From: Ginglymostoma cirratum
Lineage: Eukaryota
Direction of reading: 5' to 3'
NCBI GenBank assembly: GCA_024137785.1
Contig: JAHRHZ010000002.1
Span: 9,852,694 to 9,916,693, forward strand
DNA length: 64,000 bases
Positions 61,801 to 64,000 of the stretch are shown piece by piece. Position 1 is the first letter of the stretch, and every line of letters begins with the position of its first letter. The notes beneath the pieces were generated by a model. The model did not search any database. It was not told where the DNA came from and was given only the letters and a program-made list of their open reading frames with translations. The position numbers and the translations under genes were made by a program.

Positions 61801-63855
61801 GAACAAGGCAGTGCGGCCCATAGCTTCAGGCCAAATTCAGTGGTGGGTTCTGATTCTAAGTGTGTGAAGTTGGAACACCATTCAGGGGCCAAGTGGCAAA
61901 TGTGGATGCATTGAGTCACCGCCCACTGGCAGATACACCATCGGTGGTATCTCTAAAGTTTTTGGACACACTTCTAGTTACAGCTGCACAACATCAGACT
62001 TCGGATGCAGAAAGATCCTTTCCTGGAAAAACTGAAAAAGCTGGTGGTGATGGGGGAAACCAAAGGGTCGTCATAATCAGAATTGAAATCCTTTTGGACA
62101 TGGAGAATCCAGATCACAGTAGGGGATGGCATATTATTATGGGGAGCAAAAGTGATTGCCTGGAGCAAAGGTCGCTACCAGATACTGGCTGAACTCCACC
62201 AGGGTCATTCAGCAGTTACCAAAATGAAGATGTTAGCAAGATATTTTGTCTGATGGCCTGGACTGGATGCCAGCATAGTTGTGTCGGTGGAGCAGATTGC
62301 CAACCAGGACAAAAATTATCACCAGCAGCTCCCCCACATTTGTGGAAATGGCCGGGTAAATCCTGGACTTGGTTACACATCGGCCAAGCAGGTCCTTTCA
62401 TGGGCTTAATGTTCTTCATTAATGTGGACACCTACTCAAAGTGGTTGAACATGAAAACATGACGCTAGAAAGATTGCACCCACCTATTGTAATACATGGA
62501 CTCCTGGAGGTTTTGGTCACAGGGCCCTTTTACCAGCAGAGAATTTAAGCATTTCCTAAAATCAAATGGTATTGAACATTTAAGAATAGCTTCACACCAT
62601 TCATCATCTGGCAGTCCAGCAGAAAGAGCAGTCCAAACGCTAAAGGCATACTTAAAGAAACAGCCTACAGCTTCGATAGAGACCAAACTGTCCCAGCTCC
62701 TATTTGATTATATAACATTCATGCAACGACAGGAATAGCTCCAGCAGGGTTGCAGGTGCGGAGAAGACTCCTCGCCACGTTAAACCTGATCTTTTTGACT
62801 TAAGTGGGAGAGTGAAATGGCATCAGAATGGCAATGCCAGACACAAGACTCTGCTAAGCGAGAGAAACAGTTTACTTTAGGGTATGAAGTTTAGTATAGA
62901 AACCATGGGAATGGTCCTGCATGGGTAAGAGCCACGGTTGGCATGTGGTCAGGTCTAAAGTTTGGGTAGGTGCGACGGCCCTGACCATGCACAGGGACCA
63001 TATGAATGCTGCTAACTCACAAACAGTATGGGTCCAAAATGTGAGATGACAAGGTGTAGAGCGGGATGAACACAGCAGGCCAAGCAGCATCAGAGGAGCA
63101 GGAAAGCTGACGTTTCGGCACTAGACCCTTCTTCAAATTCTCCAGCATCTGCAGTTCCTACTATCTCTGGGTCCAAAATGTGCCTGGCTCCTTCACAGAT
63201 TTTCTGACTGTTCCGGAACCCGTGGGTTCTCCCTCTCTGTCAAGCGTTGAAGAGATCTCGGAATCTAAAATGGACATGGTGGATGTCACTACTGCAACAC
63301 CGCACAAAGAAGAGAATGCATTTCTTCCAAGATCCTCCATGCACAGGAGGTGCGCTACTGTGCCTTATATGTCACCCATAACTGTGGCAGGGTTGAAAAA
63401 ACCTGACCTGGTGCTAAAATGCCTCAGGAGGAGCTACAAAAAAAAAGAGAACTGGTCTATGTTCTCTGACTCAGAGGGTGAGGAATGTGGTGATTGTAAA
63501 GAGCTCAGCCAGGTGGACCTTAGTTAATATGAGTTCCCTGACTGGGACAGTTAATCTGGTCTGATCAGGGAGCCCTGGCTGACAGATATAAACAGGAGTG
63601 TCAGACGTCCTGTGCATAACAATGGATCAATTAAATGTGAAAACATGAAGTCAGATAAATCACAACCCCATAAACCATTCTGACAGGAACATAATCCAGA
63701 GTCACAGCCCCAGTACAGAATGGCACCGTCGGCCCTCACACCCCAGTACCCACGGATTGAGGACTAATGCCCCAGCACCCAGCCTGGTTCCACCCCCATT
63801 ACTTACCTGCAAAGAGCTCTCCACACAAAAGCCCCAGCACTATCAGTCCGATCAT
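22804..63855 (-). CDS. Non-classical MHC class I-like heavy chain, 7 coding exons, 342 aa (join of 63855-63807, 38466-38206, 38031-37759, 37635-37372, 23872-23768, 23257-23225, 22847-22804)
   Basis: All junctions are GT-AG and phase 1. Exon lengths 49+261+273+264+105+33+44 = 1029 nt with no stop until TGA. The protein shows a leader, the HSLRY start of alpha1, an NQT glycan site, alpha2 and alpha3 Cys pairs, an Ig C1 GFYP motif, a TM helix and a Tyr/Ser tail. Caveat: an N-gap at 49903-49912 lies between the leader and alpha1. Confidence 0.9.
23225..23257 (-). CDS. MHC class I-like exon 6 (cytoplasmic, Tyr-containing)
   Basis: Acceptor TTCATTCTTTTACAG|TA, donor G|GTAAGC. The 33-nt length is the canonical class I exon 6 length. 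Translation [11 protein letters not shown]. Confidence 0.88.
23768..23872 (-). CDS. MHC class I-like exon 5 (connecting peptide + transmembrane)
   Basis: Acceptor TTCTCTCTCATCACAG|TC, donor G|GTAGGA, 105 nt, phase 1-1. Translation [35 protein letters not shown] (hydrophobic helix then charged stop-transfer). Not in the ORF track's reported frame. Confidence 0.9.
25540..25780. mobile_element. Inverted pair of Penelope-type tails (hairpin); similar pairs at ~29745-29925, 39417-39600 and 63045-63168; singletons at ~8080, 13977, 17915, 21833, 24690, 24982, 33045, 43900, 54130 and 58795
   Basis: Head-to-head copies of the same ~100-130 nt tail. Confidence 0.7.
27416..27645 (-). mobile_element. 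5'-truncated HE1-like SINE (another at ~4576-4740)
   Basis: ATCATAGAATCCCTACAGTGTGGAAA tail and core. Confidence 0.8.
27655..28200 (+). mobile_element. RTE-like LINE, 3' remnant (related copy at ~40070-40360)
   Basis: LPKK..F and [15 protein letters not shown]...W remnants, typical of the RTE ORF C-terminus. Confidence 0.55.
31339..31692 (+). mobile_element. HE1-like tRNA-derived SINE
   Basis: Head GTGGCTCAGTGGTTAGCACTGCTG with A/B boxes, core GGAGTTTGCAC.TTCTCCC, and a CR1-like tail GGGATTCT. Confidence 0.88.
34767..35895 (-). mobile_element. L1/Tx1-clade LINE, 3' fragment
   Basis: Antisense ORF2 C-terminus remnants (AAACTTGTTATAGTTTGGCAG, CAACACTTGGTTGAAGTCAACTC) and an A/T-rich 3' tail; resembles shark Tx1-like elements. 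Confidence 0.55.
35903..36226 (+). mobile_element. HE1-like SINE
   Basis: Same head, core and tail as 31339. Confidence 0.88.
36230..36905 (+). mobile_element. CR1/HER1-type LINE, 3' fragment
   Basis: ORF 36316-36663 [15 protein letters not shown]...[10 protein letters not shown]...GDLIEVYKI; tail TATGACTCTATG. Confidence 0.9.
37372..37635 (-). CDS. MHC class I-like exon 4 (alpha3 Ig C1 domain)
   Basis: Acceptor CTTTTTCTGTCCTTCAG|TT, donor G|GTAAGA, 264 nt. Translation VAPIVSF...[21 protein letters not shown]...[10 protein letters not shown]...[10 protein letters not shown]. Confidence 0.96.
37759..38031 (-). CDS. MHC class I-like exon 3 (alpha2 domain)
   Basis: Acceptor TTGACAG|GG, donor G|GTGAGT, 273 nt. 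Translation [13 protein letters not shown]...YGWDG...[23 protein letters not shown], with both cysteines. Confidence 0.96.
38206..38466 (-). CDS. MHC class I-like exon 2 (alpha1 domain)
   Basis: Acceptor TGTGTTTCAG|AC, donor G|GTGAGT, 261 nt. Translation [38 protein letters not shown]...EGPGLW...NQTD. Confidence 0.96.
40603..40905 (+). mobile_element. HE1-like SINE
   Basis: Same head, core and tail. Confidence 0.85.
41530..42020 (+). mobile_element. CR1-type LINE, 3' end
   Basis: LGLFSL...[13 protein letters not shown] followed by the typical 3' tail. Confidence 0.85.
42021..43295 (-). mobile_element. CR1-type LINE fragment with a 270-aa RT remnant
   Basis: ORF 42455-43267 GPDQVYPR...[11 protein letters not shown]...NYRLVSLTS...SQHGF...CLTNLI...[12 protein letters not shown]; frameshifted downstream. 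Confidence 0.92.
43340..44420 (+). mobile_element. CR1-type LINE, 3' fragment with a nested Penelope-type tail (~43900-44035)
   Basis: Decayed C-terminal RT motifs and a GTTCTATATTCTA tail. Confidence 0.8.
44775..45895 (-). mobile_element. CR1-type LINE (second subfamily), 3' fragment
   Basis: ORF 45149-45460 [14 protein letters not shown]...[14 protein letters not shown]; tail CATAAGAACATAA on +. Confidence 0.85.
45895..46516 (+). mobile_element. CR1-type LINE, 3' fragment (internally deleted)
   Basis: ORF 46013-46429 [10 protein letters not shown]...[13 protein letters not shown]. Confidence 0.85.
46700..47400 (-). mobile_element. Older CR1-type LINE, 3' fragment
   Basis: Decayed antisense CR1 3' sequence (TGGCTTCCAGAACTGAACACAGTACTCCAGCTGTGG). 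Confidence 0.65.
47975..48322 (-). mobile_element. Deu-domain SINE (SacSINE1-like); an older copy lies at ~17130-17430
   Basis: Reverse complement of the 20278 element. Confidence 0.75.
48463..48780 (-). mobile_element. HE1-like SINE within the minisatellite
   Basis: Reverse complement of the same consensus. Confidence 0.88.
49903..49912. other. Assembly gap (10 N) inside the minisatellite
   Basis: Run of n characters. Confidence 1.
51909..54395 (-). mobile_element. Relatively young CR1-type LINE (~2.5 kb) inserted in the minisatellite
   Basis: Consecutive frameshifted ORFs 53454-53804, 52930-53457 ([11 protein letters not shown]) and 52342-52770. Tail CATAGAACAGTACAG; nested Penelope tail at ~54130-54225. 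Confidence 0.92.
54395..55745. repeat. 39-bp minisatellite array, blocks 2-3
   Basis: The cleanest units start at 54661, 54700 and 54739 (period 39). They give 13-aa repeats ([13 protein letters not shown]) in spurious ORFs. Interrupted by a Gypsy remnant at about 54775-55165. Confidence 0.9.
54775..55165 (-). mobile_element. Second, shorter copy of the same Gypsy remnant
   Basis: Aligns by eye to 55770-56240 (e.g. AGCCAAGCCTCCA...ATACTGACAAATG, CCGCACCCCTTGTG, GTCATGAACA). Confidence 0.6.
55770..56480 (-). mobile_element. Decayed Gypsy pol (RNase H-like region) remnant
   Basis: The minus strand reads [15 protein letters not shown] followed by an IQRF-like motif after a frameshift. A shorter paralogous copy lies at about 54775-55165. 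Confidence 0.55.
57810..60300 (+). mobile_element. Nested CR1-type LINEs (older endonuclease-to-RT fragment with a younger 3' fragment at ~58005-58645 and other insertions)
   Basis: GVIYRPP-like endonuclease remnant, ORF 58058-58381 [15 protein letters not shown], and [20 protein letters not shown]-like remnants near 60 kb. Confidence 0.8.
60921..61213 (-). mobile_element. HE1-like SINE directly downstream of the tRNA-Asn pseudogene
   Basis: Reverse complement of the consensus; its head starts about 16 nt after the tRNA 3' end. Confidence 0.88.
61229..61302 (-). tRNA. tRNA-Asn(GTT) pseudogene
   Basis: 74 nt: GTCTCTGTGGTGCAAGTGGTTAGTGGCTTCGGCTGTTAACCGAAAGGATGGTGGTTCGAGCCCAGCTGGGGACA. The anticodon arm TTCGG-CTGTTAA-CCGAA is intact. 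About 11 differences from the vertebrate tRNA-Asn as I recall it disrupt the D, T and acceptor stems. No CCA; TTTT about 12 nt downstream. Confidence 0.85.
61548..63612 (+). mobile_element. Internally deleted, decayed Gypsy/Ty3 LTR retrotransposon (two partial LTRs, RNase H and integrase remnants)
   Basis: Related LTR starts TGTAGTGATTGTAA (61548) and TGTGGTGATTGTAA (63486), with a purine tract just before 63486. Frameshifted pol motifs include [33 protein letters not shown] and [17 protein letters not shown]...AERAVQTLK. Confidence 0.85.
63807..63855 (-). CDS. MHC class I-like exon 1 (signal peptide [16 protein letters not shown])
   Basis: ATG at 63855 opens a hydrophobic 16-aa leader ending G|GTAAGT (perfect donor, phase 1). 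It joins AC of the alpha1 exon to give Asp (DTHSLRY). Confidence 0.85.
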
Positions 63856-63887
63856 TTTGACTTCATGTGGAATTAGAAATTCGTGAG

Positions 63888-63993
63888 AAGTCACTTTCCA
63901 GCGGAGCGTCTCAGTCTGTGAGCTGCGTCTGGACCGATATTAAAACCCTGCTCCTGTTCAGTCAAACACGTTGATACTGTTTGGACCCAATCA
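63888..63993 (-). promoter_or_regulatory. Proximal promoter/5'UTR of the class I-like gene (Y-box/inverted CCAAT, TATA-like, partial IRF site)
   Basis: TGATTGG (CCAAT at 63987-63991 on +) about 130 nt upstream of the ATG, TTTTAATAT at 63945-63937, and GGAAAGTGA at 63899-63891. Inferred from position and motif only; the window ends before any S/X boxes. Confidence 0.4.
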
Positions 63994-64000
63994 AAATTAA

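Overview
Repeat-rich eukaryotic DNA, almost certainly from a shark. This is inferred from HE1-type and Deu-domain SINEs, CR1/HER1-type LINEs, Penelope-like tails and the protein sequence. The main feature is one complete, spliceable MHC class I-like gene on the minus strand, reconstructed by hand with GT-AG and phase-1 junctions throughout: leader 63855-63807, alpha1 38466-38206, alpha2 38031-37759, alpha3 37635-37372, TM 23872-23768, cytoplasmic 23257-23225 and 22847-22804 (stop), and a probable 3'UTR exon from 21734. The CDS is 1029 nt (342 aa). Most peptide-terminus-anchoring residues are replaced, so the gene is non-classical. Introns 1 (about 25.3 kb, containing an assembly gap) and 4 (about 13.5 kb) are packed with transposon remnants. 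Intron 1 also holds a multi-kb 39-bp minisatellite whose unit recurs in the gene's own promoter/TSS region. The 123-nt alpha2-alpha3 intron has two nested perfect inverted repeats that would mask its branch point and 3' splice site. Other features are an orphan GPR139/GPR142-like TM1 exon (+, about 13.8 kb), a decayed tRNA-Asn(GTT), Gypsy LTR remnants and many Penelope-type tails carrying minimal hammerhead-ribozyme cores. Repeat boundaries are approximate and family names come from recall of consensus sequences, not a database search.
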